From positions 138,446,001 through 138,510,000 of the forward strand of contig OZ024743.1 in the NCBI GenBank assembly GCA_964016885.1: 64,000 bases of DNA. The letters run 5' to 3'. The translations under genes were made by a program, and so were the position numbers. The DNA is from Eledone cirrhosa (taxonomy: Eukaryota). Shown here piece after piece: positions 23,830 through 37,019 of this stretch (position 1 is its first letter; each line of letters starts with the position of its first letter). Under the pieces are notes generated by a model that saw only the letters and a program-made list of their open reading frames with translations, did not search any database and was not told where the DNA came from.

Positions 23830-26800
23830 ATTGGCGTTTGGTGTTTGGTGTTTGGTGCTTGGTGCTTGGTGTTTGGTGTGTGATGCTTGCTGCTTGATGC
23901 TTGGTGCTTGGTGCTTGGTGTTTGGTGCTTGGTGCTTGGTGTTTGGTGCTTGGTACTTGGTGTTTGGTGCTTGGTGTTTGCTGTTTGCTGTTTGGTGTTT
24001 GGTGTTTGCTGTTTGCTGTTTGGTGTCTGCTTTTTGGTGTTTGTTGTTTGCTCTATGGTGTTTGCTGTTTCGTGTTTGGTGTTTGCTGTTTGGTGTTTGG
24101 TGTTTGCTGTTTGGTGTTTGGTGCTTGGTGTTTGGTGCTTGGTGCTTGGTGTTTGGTGCTAGGTGCTTGGTGTTTGGTGCTTGGTGTTTGGTGTTTGGTG
24201 CTTGGTACTTGGGGCTTGGTGTTTGGTGCTTGGTGCTTCGTGCTTGGTGTTTGGTGCTTGGTGCCTGGTGCTTGTTGTTTGGTGATTGGTGCTTGGTGTT
24301 TGCTGTTTGGTGCTGCGTGCTTGGTGCTTGGTGCTTGGTGCTTGGTGCTTGGTGTTTTGTGTTTGGTGTTTGATGCTTGGTGTTTGGTGTTTGGTGCTTG
24401 ATGCTTGGTGTTTGGTGTTTGATGCTTGGTGCTTGATGCTTGGTACTTGGTGCTTGGTGTTTGCTGCTTGGTGCTTGGTGTTTGTACTTGGTGTTTGGTG
24501 CTTGGTGTTTGGTGCTTGGTGCTTGGTGTTTGGTGCTTGGTGCTTGGTGTTTGGTGTTTGGTGCTTGGTGTTTGGTGCTTGGTGCTTGGTGCTTGGTGTT
24601 AGGTGTTTGGTGCTTCATGCCTGGTGCTTGGTGTTTGGTGCTTGGTGCTTGGTGTTTGGTGTTTGGTGCTTCATGCTTGGTGCTTGGTGTTTGGTGTTTG
24701 GTGCTTGGTGCTTGGTGCTTGGTGTTAGGTGTTAGGTGTTTGATGCTTGGAGTTTGCTGTTTGGTGTTTGGTGTTTGCTGTTTGGTGTTTGGTCTTTGGT
24801 GCTTGGTCTTTGGTGCTTGGTGTTTGGTGCTTGGTGCTTGGTGTTTGGTGCTTGGTGCCTGGTCCTTGTTGTTTGGTGATTGGTGCTTGGTGTTTCCTGT
24901 TTGGTGTTTGGTGTTTGGTGTTTGCTGTTTTGTGTTTGGTGCTTGGTGCTTGGTGCTTGGTGTTTGGTGCTTGGTGCTTGGTGTTTGGTGCATGGTGCTT
25001 GATGCTTGGTGTTTGTACTTGGTGCTTGGTGCATGGTGTTTTGTGCTTGATTCTTGGTGTTTGGTGCTTGGTGTTTGGTGCTTAGTGCTTGGTGTTTGGT
25101 GTTTGGTGCTTGGTGTTTGGTGCTTGGTGCTTGGTGCTTGGTGTTTGGTGTTTGGTGCTTCATGCTTGGTGCTTGGTGTTTGGTGCTTGGTGCTTAGTGT
25201 TTGGTGCTTGGTGCCTGGTGCATGGTGTTTGGTGCTTGATGCTTGGTGTTTGGTGTTTGGTGCTTGGTGTTTGGTGCTTGGTGCTTGGTGCTTGGTGTTA
25301 GGTGTTAGGAGTTTGGTGATTGGTGCTTGGTGTTTGGTGCTTGGTGCTTGATGTTTGGTGCTTGGTGCTTGGTGTTTGGTGCTTGGTGTTTGGTGCTTGG
25401 TACTTGGGGCTTGGTGTTTGGTGCTTGGTGCTTGGTGCTTGGTGTTTGGTGCTTGGTGCTTGGTGTTTGGTGTTTGGTGCTTGGCGTTTGGTGCTTGGTG
25501 CTTGGTGCTGGGTGGTTGGTGTTTGGTGCTTGGTGCTTGGTGTTTGGTGCTTGGTGCTTGGTGCTTGGTGTTTGGTGCTTGGCGCTTGGTGCTTGGTCTT
25601 TGGTGCTTGGTGATTAGTGTTTGGTGCTTGGTGCTTGGGGTTTGGTGTTTGGTGCTTGGTGCTTGGTGTTTGGTGCTTGGTGTTTGGTTTTTACTGTTTG
25701 GTGTTTGGTGTTTGCTGTTTGCTGTTTGCTGTTTGGTGTCTGCTTTTTGGTGTTTGGTGTTTGCTGTATCGTGTTTGCTGTTTCGTGTTTATTGTTTGCT
25801 GTTTGGTGTTTGGTGTTTGGTGTTTGGTGTTTCCTGTTTGGTGTTTAGTCTTTGGTGATTGGTGCTTGGTGCTTGGTGTTTGGTGTTTGGTGCTTGGTGC
25901 TTGGTGTTTGGTGCTTGGTACTTGTTTTTGGTGATTGGTGCTTGGTGCTTGGTGTTTGCTGTTTGGTGCTTGGGGCTTGGTGTTTGGTGCTGCGTGCTTG
26001 GTGCTTGGTGCTTGGTCTTTGGTGCTTGGTGTTTGGTGTTTGGTGCTTGGTGCTTGGTGTTTGGTGCTTGGTGATTAGTGTTTGGTGCTTGGTGCTTGGG
26101 GTTTGGTGTTTGGTGCTTGGTGCTTGGTGTTTGGTGCTTGGTGCTTGGTGTTTGGTGCTTGGTGTTTGGTTTTTGCTGTTTGGTGTTTGGTGTTTGCTGT
26201 TTGCTGTTTGGTGTCTGCTTTTTGGTGTTTGGTGTTTGCTGTATCGTGTTTGCTGTTTCGTGTTTATTGTTTGCTGTTTGGTGTTTGTTGTTTGGTGTTT
26301 GGTGTTTCCTGTTTGGTGTTTAGTCTTTGGTGTTTGGTGTTTGGTGCTTGGTGCTTGGTGTTTGGTGTTTGGTGCTTGGGGCTTGGTGTTTGGTGCTGCG
26401 TGCCTGGTGCTTGGTGCTTGGTGCTTGGTGCTTGGTGTTTGGTGTTTGATGATTGGTGTTTGGTGTTTGGTGTTTGGTGCTTGGTGCTTGGTGTTTGGTG
26501 TTTGATGCTTGCTGCTTGATGCTTGGTGCTTGGTGCTTGGTGTTTGGTGCTTGGTGCTTGGTGTTTGGTGCTTGGTACTTGGTGTTTGGTGCTTGGTGTT
26601 TGCTGTTTGCTGTTTGGTGTTTGGTGTTTGCTGTTTGCTGTTTGGTGTCTGCTTTTTGGTGTTTGTTGTTTGCTCTATGGTGTTTGCTGTTTCATGTTTG
26701 GTGTTTGCTGTTTGGTGTTTGGTGTTTGCTGTTTGATGTTGGGTGCTTGGTGTTTGGTGCTTGGTGCTTGTTGTTTGGTGATTGGTGCTTGGTGCTTGGT

Positions 26801-29700
26801 GTTTGCTGTTTGGTGCTTGGGGCTTGGTGTTTGGTGCTGCGTGCTTGGTGCTTGGTGCTTGGTGCTTGGTGTTTGGTGTTTGATGATTGGCGTTTGGTGT
26901 TTGGTGTTTGGTGCTTGGTGCATGGTGTTTGGTGTGTGATGCTTGCTGCTTGATGCTTGGTGCTTGGTGCTTGGTGTTTGGTGCTTGGTGCTTGGTGTTT
27001 GGTGCTTGGTACTTGGTGTTTGGTGCTTAGTGTTTGCTGTTTGCTGTTTGGTGTTTGGTGTTTGCTGTTTGCTGTTTGGTGTCTGCTTTTTGGTGTTTGT
27101 TGTTTGCTCTATGGTGTTTGCAGTTTCGTGTTTGGTGTTTGCTGTTTGGTGTTTGGTGTTTGCTGTTTGGTGTTTGGTGCTTGGTGTCTGGTGCTAGGTG
27201 CTTGGTGTTTGGTGCTTGGTGTTTGGTGTTTGGTGCTTGGTACTTGGGGCTTGGTGTTTGGTGATTGGTGCTTGGTGCTTGGTGTTTGCTGTTTGGTGCT
27301 TGGGGCTTGGTGTTTGGTGCTGCGTGCTTGGTGCTTGGTGCTTGGTGCTTGGTGTTTGGTGTTTGATGATTGGCGTTTGGTGTTTGGTGTTTGGTGCTTG
27401 GTGCTTGGTGTTTGGTGTGTGATGCTTGCTGCTTGATGCTTGGTGCTTGGTGCTTGGTGTTTGGTGCTTGGTGCTTGGTGTTTGGTGCTTGGTACTTGGT
27501 GTTTGGTGCTTGGTGTTTGCTGTTTGCTGTTTGGTGTTTGGTGTTTGCTGTTTGCTGTTTGGTGTCTGCTTTTTGGTGTTTGCTGTTTGGTGTTTGGTGT
27601 TTGCTGTTTGGTGTTTGGTGTTTGGTGCTAGGTGCTTGGTGTTTGGTGCTTGGTGTTTGGTGTTTGGTGCTTGGTACTTGGGGCTTGGTGTTTGGTGCTT
27701 GGTGCTTTGTGCTTGGTGTTTGGTGCTTGGTGCCTGGTGCTTGTTGTTTGGTGATTGGTGCTTGGTGTTTGCTGTTTGGTGCTGCGTGCTTGGTGCTTGG
27801 TGTTTGGTGCTTGGTGCTTGGTGTTTTGTGTTTGGTGTTTGATGCTTGGTGTTTGGTGTTTGGTGCTTGATGCTTGGTGTTTGGTGTTTGATGCTTGGTG
27901 CTTGATGCTTGGTGCTTGGTGCTTGGTGTTTGCTGCTTGGTGCTTGGTGTTTGTACTTGGTGTTTGGTGCTTGGTGTTTGGTGCTTGGTGCTTGGTGTTT
28001 GGTGCTTGGTGCTTGGTGTTTGGTGTTTGGTGCTTGGTGTTTGGTGCTTGGTGCTTGGTGCTTGGTGTTAGGTGTTTGGTGCTTCATGCCTGGTGCTTGG
28101 TGTTTGGTGCTTGGTGCTTGGTGTTTGGTGTTTGGTGCTTCATGCTTGGTGCTTGGTGTTTGGTGCTTGGTGCTTGGTGTTTGGTGCTTGGTGCCTGGTG
28201 CATGGTGTTTGGTGCTTGATGCTTGGTGTTTGGTGTTTGGTGCTTGGTGTTTGGTGCTTGGTGCTTGGTGCTTGGTGTTAGGTGTTAGGTGTTTGATGCT
28301 TGGAGTTTGCTGTTTGGTGTTTGGTGTTTGCTGTTTGGTGTTTGGTCTTTGGTGCTTGGTCTTTGGTGCTTGGTGTTTGGTGCTTGGTGCTTGGTGTTTG
28401 GTGCTTGGTGCCTGGTGCTTGTTGTTTGGTTATTGGTGCTTGGTGTTTCCTGTTTGGTGTTTGGTGTTTGGTGTTTGCTGTTTTGTGTTTGGTGCTTGGT
28501 GCTTGGTGCTTGGTGTTTGGTGCTTGGTGCTTGGTGTTTGGTGCATGGTGCTTGATGCTTGGTGTTTGTACTTGGTGCTTGGTGCATGGTGTTTTGTGCT
28601 TGATTCTTGGTGTTTGGTGCTTGGTGTTTGGTGCTTAGTGCTTGGTGTTTGGTGTTTGGTGCTTGGTGTTTGGTGCTTGGTGCTTGGTGCTTGGTGTTTG
28701 GTGTTTGGTGCTTCATGCTTGGTGCTTGGTGTTTGGTGCTTGGTGCTTAGTGTTTGGTGCTTGGTGCCTGGTGCATGGTGTTTGGTGCTTGATGCTTGGT
28801 GTTTGGTGTTTGGTGCTTGGTGTTTGGTGCTTGGTGCTTGGTGCTTGGTGTTAGGTGTTAGGTGTTTGGTGATTGGTGCTTGGTGTTTGGTGCTTGGTGC
28901 TTGATGTTTGGTGCTTGGTGCTTGGTGTTTGGTGCTTGGTGTTTGGTGCTGGGTACTTGGGGCTTGGTGTTTGGTGCTTGGTGCTTGGTGCTTGGTGTTT
29001 GGTGCTTGGTGCTTGGTGTTTGGTGTTTGGTGCTTGGCGTTTGGTGCTTGGTGCTTGGTGCTGGGTGGTTGGTGTTTGGTGCTTGGTGCTTGGTGTTTGG
29101 TGCTTGGTGCTTGGTGCTTGGTGTTTGGTGCTTGGCGCTTGGTGCTTGGTCTTTGGTGCTTGGTGTTTGGCGTTTGGTGCTTGGTGCTTGGTGTTTGGTG
29201 CTTGGTGATTAGTGTTTGGTGCTTGGTGCTTGGGGTTTGGTGTTTGGTGCTTGGTGCTTGGTGTTTGGTGCTTGGTGTTTGGTTTTTACTGTTTGGTGTT
29301 TGGTGTTTGCTGTTTGCTGTTTGCTGTTTGGTGTCTGCTTTTTGGTGTTTGGTGTTTGCTGTATCGTGTTTGCTGTTTCGTGTTTATTGTTTGCTGTTTG
29401 GTGTTTGGTGTTTGGTGTTTGGTGTTTCCTGTTTGGTGTTTAGTCTTTGGTGATTGGTGCTTGGTGCTTGGTGTTTGGTGTTTGGTGCTTGGTGCTTGGT
29501 GTTTGGTGCTTGGTACTTGTTTTTGGTGATTGGTGCTTGGTGCTTGGTGTTTGCTGTTTGGTGCTTGGGGCTTGGTGTTTGGTGCTGCGTGCTTGGTGCT
29601 TGGTGCTTGGTGCTTGGTGCTTGGTGTTTGGTGTTTGATGATTGGTGTTTGGTGTTTGGTGTTTGGTGCTTGGTGCTTGGTGTTTGGTGTTTGATGCTTG
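23830..29700 (+). repeat. Duplicated block ~24200-26000 / ~27670-29600 (offsets 3469, 3553, 3595), with nested 434- and 483-bp repeats at ~26400-27700; ~27900-29200 also matches ~13210-14520 (offset 14693)
   Basis: ORF pairs 24440/27909, 24732/28285 and 25617/29212; 26509/26943/27426; 13216/27909 give near-identical 331-aa translations. Confidence 0.85.
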
Positions 29701-32700
29701 CTGCTTGATGCTTGGTGCTTGGTGCTTGGTGTTTGGTGCTTGGTGCTTGGTGTTTGGTGCTTGGTACTTGGTGTTTGGTGCTTGGTGTTTGCTGTTTGCT
29801 ATTTGGTGTTTGGTGTTTGTTGTTTGCTGTTTGGTGTCTGCTTTTTGGTGTTTGTTGTTTGCTCTATGGTGTTTGCTGTTTCATGTTTGGTGTTTGCTGT
29901 TTGGTGTTTGGTGTTTGCTGTTTGGTGTTTGGTGCTTGGTGTTTGGTGCTTCGTGCTTGGTGTTTGGTGCTAGGTGCTTCATGCTTGGTGCTTGGTGTTT
30001 GGTGTTTGGTGCTTGGTACTTGGGGCTTGGTGTTTGGTGCTTGGTGCTTCGTGCTTGGTGTTTGGTGCTTGGTTCTTGGTGTTTGGTGTTTGGTGCTTGG
30101 TGCCTGGTGCTTGTTGTTTGGTGATTGGTGCTTGGTGTTTGCTGTTTGGTGCTGCGTGCTTGGTGCTTGGTGCTTGGTGCTTGGTGCTTGGTGTTTTGTG
30201 TTTGGTGTTTGATGCTTGGTGTTTGGTGTTTGGTGCTTGGTTCTTGGTGTTTGGTGTTTGATGCTTGGTGCTTGATGCTTGGTGCTTGGTGCTTGGTGTT
30301 TGGTGCTTGGTGCTTGGTGTTTGTACTTGGTGTTTGGTGCTTGGTGTTTGGTGCTTGGTGCTTGGTGTTTGGTGCTTGGTGCTTGGTGCTTGGTGTTTGG
30401 TGTTTGGTGCTTGGTGTTTGGTGCTTGGTGCTTGGTGCTTGGTGTTAGGTGTTTGGTGCTTCATGTCTGGTGCTTGGTGTTTGGTGCTTGGTGCTTGGTG
30501 TTTGGTGCTTGGTGCCTGGTGCATGGTGTTTGTTGCTTGGTGCTTGGTGTTTGGTGTTTGGTGCTTGGTGTTTGGTGCTTGGTGCTTGGTGTTTGGTGTT
30601 TGGTGTTTGGTGCTTGCTGCTTGCTGCTTGGTGTTTGGTGCTTGGTGATTGGTGCTTGGTGTTTGGTGCTTGGTGCTTGGTGTTTGGTGCTAGGTGCTTG
30701 GTGCTTGGTGCTTGGTGTTTGGTGTTTGGTGCTTGGTACTTGGGGCTTTGTATTTGGTGCTTGGTGCTTCGTGTTTGGTGTTTGGTGCTTGGTGCTTGGT
30801 GTTTGGTGCTTGGTGTTTGGTGCTTGGTGCTTGGTGCTGTGTGGTTGGCGTTTGGTGCTTGGTGCTTGGTGTTTGGTGCTTGGTGCTTGGTGCTTGGTGT
30901 TTGGTGCTTGGTGTTTGGTGTTTGGTGCTTGGTGCTTGGTGTTTGGTGCTTGGTGCTTGGTGATTAGTGTTTGGTGCTTGGTGCTTGGGGTTTGGTGTTT
31001 GGTGCTTGGTGCTTGGTGTTTGGTGCTTGGTGCTTGGTGTTTGGTGCTTGGTGTTTGGTGTTTGCTGTTTGGTGTTTGGTGTTTGGTGTTTGTTGTTTGC
31101 TGTTTGGTGTCTGCTTTTTGGTGTTTGGTGTTTGCTGTATGGTGTTTGCTGTTTCGTGTTTATTGTTTGCTGTTTGGTGTTTGGTGTTTGGTGTTTGGTG
31201 TTTCCTGTTTGGTCTTTAGTCTTTGGTGCTTGGTGTTCGGTGCTTGGTGCTTGGTATTTGGTGTTTGGTGTTTGGTGCTTGGTGCTTGGTGTTTGGTGCT
31301 TGGTGCTTGGTGTTTGGTGTTTGGTGCTTGGTGCTTGGTGTTTGGTTTTTACTGTTTGGTGTTTGGTGTTTGCTGTTTGCTGTTTGCTGTTTGGTGTCTG
31401 CTTTTTGGTGTTTGGTGTTTGCTGTATCGTGTTTGCTGTTTCGTGTTTATTGTTTGCTGTTTGGTGTTTGGTGTTTGGTGTTTGGTGTTTCCTGTTTGGT
31501 GTTTAGTCTTTGGTGATTGGTGCTTGGTGCTTGGTGTTTGGTGTTTGGTGCTTGGTGCTTGGTGTTTGGTGCTTGGTACTTGTTTTTGGTGATTGGTGCT
31601 TGGTGCTTGGTGTTTGCTGTTTGGTGCTTGGGGCTTGGTGTTTGGTGCTGCGTGCTTGGTGCTTGGTGCTTGGTGCTTGGTGCTTGGTGTTTGGTGTTTG
31701 ATGATTGGTGTTTGGTGTTTGGTGTTTGGTGCTTGGTGCTTGGTGTTTGGTGTTTGATGCTTGCTGCTTGATGCTTGGTGCTTGGTGCTTGGTGTTTGGT
31801 GCTTAGTGCTTGGTGTTTGGTGCTTGGTACTTGGTGTTTGGTGCTTGGTGTTTGCTGTTTGCTATTTGGTGTTTGGTGTTTGTTGTTTGCTGTTTGGTGT
31901 CTGCTTTTTGGTGTTTGTTGTTTGCTCTATGGTGTTTGCTGTTTCATGTTTGGTGTTTGCTGTTTGGTGTTTGGTGTTTGCTGTTTGGTGTTTGGTGCTT
32001 GGTGTTTGGTGCTTGGTGCTTGGTGTTTGGTGCTAGGTGCTTCATGCTTGGTGCTTGGTGTTTGGTGTTTGGTGCTTGGTACTTGGGGCTTGGTGTTTGG
32101 TGCTTGGTGCTTCGTGCTTGGTGTTTGGTGCTTGGTGCTTGGTGTTTGGTGTTTGGTGCTTGGTGCCTGGTGCTTGTTGTTTGGTGATTGGTGCTTGGTG
32201 TTTGCTGTTTGGTGCTGCGTGCTTGGTGCTTGGTGCTTGGTGCTTGGTGCTTGGTGTTTTGTGTTTGGTGTTTGATGCTTGGTGTTTGGTGTTTGGTGCT
32301 TGGTTCTTGGTGTTTGGTGTTTGATGCTTGGTGCTTGATGCTTGGTGCTTGGTGCTTGGTGTTTGGTGCTTGGTGCTTGGTGTTTGTACTTGGTGTTTGG
32401 TGCTTGGTGTTTGGTGCTTGGTGCTTGGTGTTTGGTGCTTGGTGCTTGGTGCTTGGTGCTTGGTGTTTGGTGTTTGGTGCTTGGTGTTTGGTGCTTGGTG
32501 CTTGGTGCTTGGTGTTAGGTGTTTGGTGCTTCATGTCTGGTGCTTGGTGTTTGGTGCTTGGTGCTTGGTGTTTGGTGCTTGGTGCCTGGTGCATGGTGTT
32601 TGTTGCTTGGTGCTTGGTGTTTGGTGTTTGGTGCTTGGTGTTTGGTGCTTGGTGCTTGGTGTTTGGTGTTTGGTGTTTGGTGCTTGCTGCTTGCTGCTTG

Positions 32701-33410
32701 GTGTTTGGTGCTTGGTGATTGGTGCTTGGTGTTTGGTGCTTGGTGCTTGGTGTTTGGTGCTAGGTGCTTGGTGCTTGGTGCTTGGTGTTTGGTGTTTGGT
32801 GCTTGGTACTTGGGGCTTTGTATTTGGTGCTTGGTGCTTCGTGTTTGGTGTTTGGTGCTTGGTGCTTGGTGTTTGGTGCTTGGTGTTTGGTGCTTGGTGC
32901 TTGGTGCTGTGTGGTTGGCGTTTGGTGCTTGGTGCTTGGTGTTTGGTGCTTGGTGCTTGGTGCTTGGTGTTTGGTGCTTGGTGTTTGGTGTTTGGTGCTT
33001 GGTGCTTGGTGTTTGGTGCTTGGTGCTTGGTGATTAGTGTTTGGTGCTTGGTGCTTGGGGTTTGGTGTTTGGTGCTTGGTGCTTGGTGTTTGGTGCTTGG
33101 TGCTTGGTGTTTGGTGCTTGGTGTTTGGTGTTTGCTGTTTGGTGTTTGGTGTTTGGTGTTTGTTGTTTGCTGTTTGGTGTCTGCTTTTTGGTGTTTGGTG
33201 TTTGCTGTATGGTGTTTGCTGTTTCGTGTTTATTGTTTGCTGTTTGGTGTTTGGTGTTTGGTGTTTGGTGTTTCCTGTTTGGTCTTTAGTCTTTGGTGCT
33301 TGGTGTTCGGTGCTTGGTGCTTGGTATTTGGTGTTTGGTGTTTGGTGCTTGGTGCTTGGTGTTTGGTGCTTGGTGCTTGGTGTTTGGTGTTTGGTGCTTG
33401 GTGCTTGGTG
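29270..33410 (+). repeat. Tandem duplication, period 2063-2070 bp; a further copy of part of it lies at ~38000-39500 (offset 8157)
   Basis: ORF pairs 29447/31510 and 29698/31761 (2063), 30449/32519 and 30967/33037 (2070), 29974/38131 and 30967/39124 (8157). TGGGGCTTTGTATT landmark at 30741 and 32811. Confidence 0.9.
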
Positions 33411-35330
33411 TTTGGTGTTTGCTGTTTGCTGTTTGGTGTTTGTTGTTTGGTGTTTGTTGTTTGGTGTTTTCTGTTTGGTGTTTGGTGTTTGCTGTTTCGT
33501 GTCTGCTTTTTGGTGTTTGGTGTTTGCTGTATGTTGTTTGCTGTTTCCTGTTTCGTGTTTGGTGTTTGGTGTTTGGTGCTTGCTGCTTGGTGTTTGGTGC
33601 TTGGTGCTTGGTGTTTGGTGCCTGGTGCTTGGTGCTTGGTGCTTGGTGTTTGGTGTTTGGTGCTTGGTGCTTGGTGCTTGGTGTTTTGTGTTTGGTGTTT
33701 GGTTTTTGGTGCTTGGTCCTTGGTGTTTGGTGCTGGGTGCTTTGTGTTTGGTGCTTGGTGCTTGGTGTTTGGTGTTTGCTGCTTGGTGTTTGATGCTTGG
33801 TGCTTGGTGCTTGGTGTTTTGTGTTTGGTGCTTGGTGCTTGGTGTTTGGTGCTTGGTGTTTGGTGTTTGGAGCTTGGTGTTTGGTGCTTTTTGCTTGGTG
33901 CTTGGTGCTTGGTGTTTGGTGCTTGGTGCTTGGTGCTTGGTGCTTGGTGTTTTGTGTTTGGTGTTTGGTTTTTGGTGCTTGGTCCTTGGTGTTTGGTGCT
34001 GGGTGCTTTGTGTTTGGTGCTTGGTGCTTGGTGTTTGGTGTTTGCTGCTTGGTGTTTGATGCTTGGTGCTTGGTGCTTGGTGTTTTGTGTTTGGTGCTTG
34101 GTGCTTGGTGTTTGGTGCTTGGTGCTTGGTGTTTGGTGTTTGGTGTTTGGTGCTTGCTGCTTGCTGCTTGGTGTTTGGTGCTTGGTGATTGGTGCTTGGT
34201 GTTTGGTGCTTGGTGCTTGGTGTTTGGTGCTAGGTGCTTGGTGCTTGGTGCTTGGTGTTTGGTGTTTGGTGCTTGGTACTTGGGGCTTTGTATTTGGTGC
34301 TTGGTGCTTCGTGTTTGGTGTTTGGTGCTTGGTGCTTGGTCTTTGGTGCTTGGTGTTTGGTGCTTGATGCTTGGTGCTGTGTGGTTGGCGTTTGGTGCTT
34401 GGTGCTTGGTGTTTGGTGCTTGGTGCTTGGTGCTTGGTGTTTGGTGCTTGGTGTTTGGTGTTTGGTGCTTGGTGCTTGGTGTTTGGTGCTTGGTGCTTGG
34501 TGATTAGTGTTTGGTGCTTGGTGCCTGGGGTTTGGTGTTTGGTGCTTGGTGCTTGGTGTTTGGTGCTTGGTGCTTGGTGTTTGGTGCTTGGTGTTTGGTG
34601 TTTGCTGTTTGGTGTTTGGTGTTTGGTGTTTGTTGTTTGCTGTTTGGTGTCTGCTTTTTAGTGTTTGGTGTTTGCTGTATGGTGTTTGCTGTTTCGTGTT
34701 TATTGTTTGCTGTTTGGTGTTTGGTGTTTGGTGTTTGGTGTTTCCTGTTTGGTCTTTAGTCTTTGGTGCTTGGTGTTCGGTGCTTGGTGCTTGGTATTTG
34801 GTGTTTGGTGTTTGGTGCTTGGTGCTTGGTGTTTGGTGCTTGGTGCTTGGTGTTTGGTGTTTGGTGCTTGGTGCTTGGTGTTTGGTGTTTGCTGTTTGCT
34901 GTTTGGTGTTTGTTGTTTGGTGTTTGTTGTTTGGTGTTTTCTGTTTGGTGTTTGGTGTTTGCTGTTTCGTGTCTGCTTTTTGGTGTTTGGTGTTTGCTGT
35001 ATGTTGTTTGGTGTTTGCTGTATGTTGTTTGCTGTTTCCTGTTTGGTGTTTGGTGTTTGGTGTTTGGTGCTTGCTGCTTGGTGTTTGGTGCTTGGTGCTT
35101 GGTGTTTGGTGCCTGGTGCTTGGTGCTTGGTGCTTGGTGTTTGGTGTTTGGTGCTTGGTGCTTGGTGCTTGGTGTTTTGTGTTTGGTGTTTGGTTTTTGG
35201 TGCTTGGTCCTTGGTGTTTGGTGCTGGGTGCTTTGTGTTTGGTGCTTGGTGCTTGGTGTTTGGTGTTTGCTGCTTGGTGTTTGATGCTTGGTGCTTGGTG
35301 TTTGGTGTTTTGTGTTTGGTGCTTGGTGCT
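32640..35330 (+). repeat. Tandem duplication, period 1470 bp (210 units), with a nested 266-bp repeat at ~33660-34100
   Basis: TGGGGCTTTGTATT at 32811 and 34281; ORF pairs 32764/34234, 33037/34507 and 33293/34763; ORF ends 33793/34059. Confidence 0.88.
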
Positions 35331-36810
35331 TGGTGTTTGGTGCTTGGTGCTTGGTGTTTGGTGCCTGGTGCTTGGTGCTTGGTGCTTGGTCCTTGGTGTT
35401 TGGTGCTGGGTGCTTGGTGTTTGATGCTTGGTGCTTGATGTCTGGTGCTTGGTGCTTGGTGTTTGGTGCTTGGTGCTGGTTGGTTGGTGTTTGCTGCTTG
35501 GTGTTTGGTGCTGGGTGCTTGGTGTTTCGTGCTTGGTGCTTGGTCTTTGGTGCTTGGTGTTTGGTGTTTGGTGCTTGGTGCTTGGTGTTTGGTGCTTGGT
35601 GCTTGGTGTTTAGTGCTTGGTGCTTAGTGTTTGGTGTTTGCTGTTTGGCGTTTCGTGTTTGCTGTTTCGTGTCTGCTTTTTGGTGTTTGGTGTTTGCTGT
35701 ATGTTGTTTGCTGTTTGGTGTTTGGTCTTTGGTGTTTGGTGCTTGGTGCTTGGTGTTTGGTGCTTGGTGCTTGGTGTTTGGAGCCTGGTGCTTGGTGCTT
35801 GGTGTTTGGTGTTTGGTGTTTGGTGCTTGGTGCTTGGTGCTTGGTGTTTGGTGCTTGGTGCTTGGTGTTTGGTGCCTGGTGTTTGGTGTTTGCTGTTTGC
35901 TGTTTGGTGTTTGTTGTTTGGTGTTTGTTGTTTGGTGTTTGCTGTTTGGTGTTTCGTGTTTGCTGTTTCGTGTCTGCTTTTTGGTATTTGGTGTTTGCTG
36001 TATGTTGTTTGCTGTTTGGTGTTTGGTGTTTGGTGTTTGGTGCTTGGTGCTTGGTGTTTGGTGCTTGGTGCTTGGTGTTTGGTGCCTGGTGCTTGGTGCT
36101 TGGTGCTTGGTCCTTGGTGTTTGGTGCTGGGTGCTTGGTGTTTGATGCTTGGTGCTTGATGTCTGGTGCTTGGTGCTTGGTGTTTGGTGCTTGGTGCTGG
36201 TTGGTTGGTGTTTGGTGCTTGGTGTTTGGTGCTGGGTGCTTGGTGTTTCGTGCTTGGTGCTTGGTCTTTGGTGCTTGGTGTTTGGTGTTTGGTGCTTGGT
36301 GCTTGGTGTTTGGTGCTTGGTGCTTGGTGTTTAGTGCTTGGTGCTTAGTGTTTGGTGTTTGCTGTTTGGCGTTTCGTGTTTGCTGTTTCGTGTCTGCTTT
36401 TTGGTGTTTGGTGTTTGCTGTATGTTGTTTGCTGTTTGGTGTTTGGTCTTTGGTGTTTGGTGCTTGGTGCTTGGTGTTTGGTGCTTGGTGCTTGGTGTTT
36501 GGAGCCTGGTGCTTGGTGCTTGGTGTTTGGTGTTTGGTGTTTGGTGCTTGGTGCTTGGTGCTTGGTGTTTGGTGCTTGGTGCTTGGTGTTTGGTGCCTGG
36601 TGTTTGGTGTTTGCTGTTTGCTGTTTGGTGTTTGTTGTTTGGTGTTTGTTGTTTGGTGTTTGCTGTTTGGTGTTTCGTGTTTGCTGTTTCGTGTCTGCTT
36701 TTTGGTATTTGGTGTTTGCTGTATGTTGTTTGCTGTTTGGTGTTTGGTGTTTGGTGTTTGGTGCTTGGTGCTTGGTGTTTGGTGCTTGGTGCTTGGTGTT
36801 TGGTGCCTGG
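35330..36810 (+). repeat. Tandem duplication, period 721 bp (103 units)
   Basis: GATGTCTGG at 35437 and 36158; ORF pairs 35428/36149, 35617/36338 and 35631/36352. Confidence 0.9.
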
Positions 36811-37019
36811 TGCTTGGTGCTTGGTGTTTGGTGTTTGGTGTTTGGTGCTTGGTGCTTGGTGCTTGGTGTTTGGTGCTTGGTGCCTGGTGCTTGTTGTTTG
36901 GTGATTGGTGCTTGGTGTTTGCTGTTTGGTGCTGCGTGTTTGGTGCTTGGTGCTTGGTGCTTGGTGCTTGGTGTTTTGTGTTTGGTGTTTGATGCTTGGT
37001 GTTTGGTATTTGGTGCTTG

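Noticed and set aside
23236-24993. Long - strand ORFs (up to 585 aa) of KHQAPST/KHQTPNT heptads resembling mucin-like or CTD-like repeat proteins
   Set aside because: The minus strand is almost T-free, so stops are rare by composition. Starts are incidental CAT variants, frameshifting 6- and 8-bp units are freely propagated, and the heptad does not match the Pol II CTD YSPTSPS.
32328-34367. Long + strand ORFs (up to 679 aa) of Trp/Cys/Leu/Val/Gly heptads resembling membrane or Cys-rich proteins
   Set aside because: Stop codons need A, which is nearly absent on this strand. All three frames give the same heptad because 7 and 3 are coprime; the ORFs overlap everywhere and have no unique domain or frame preference.
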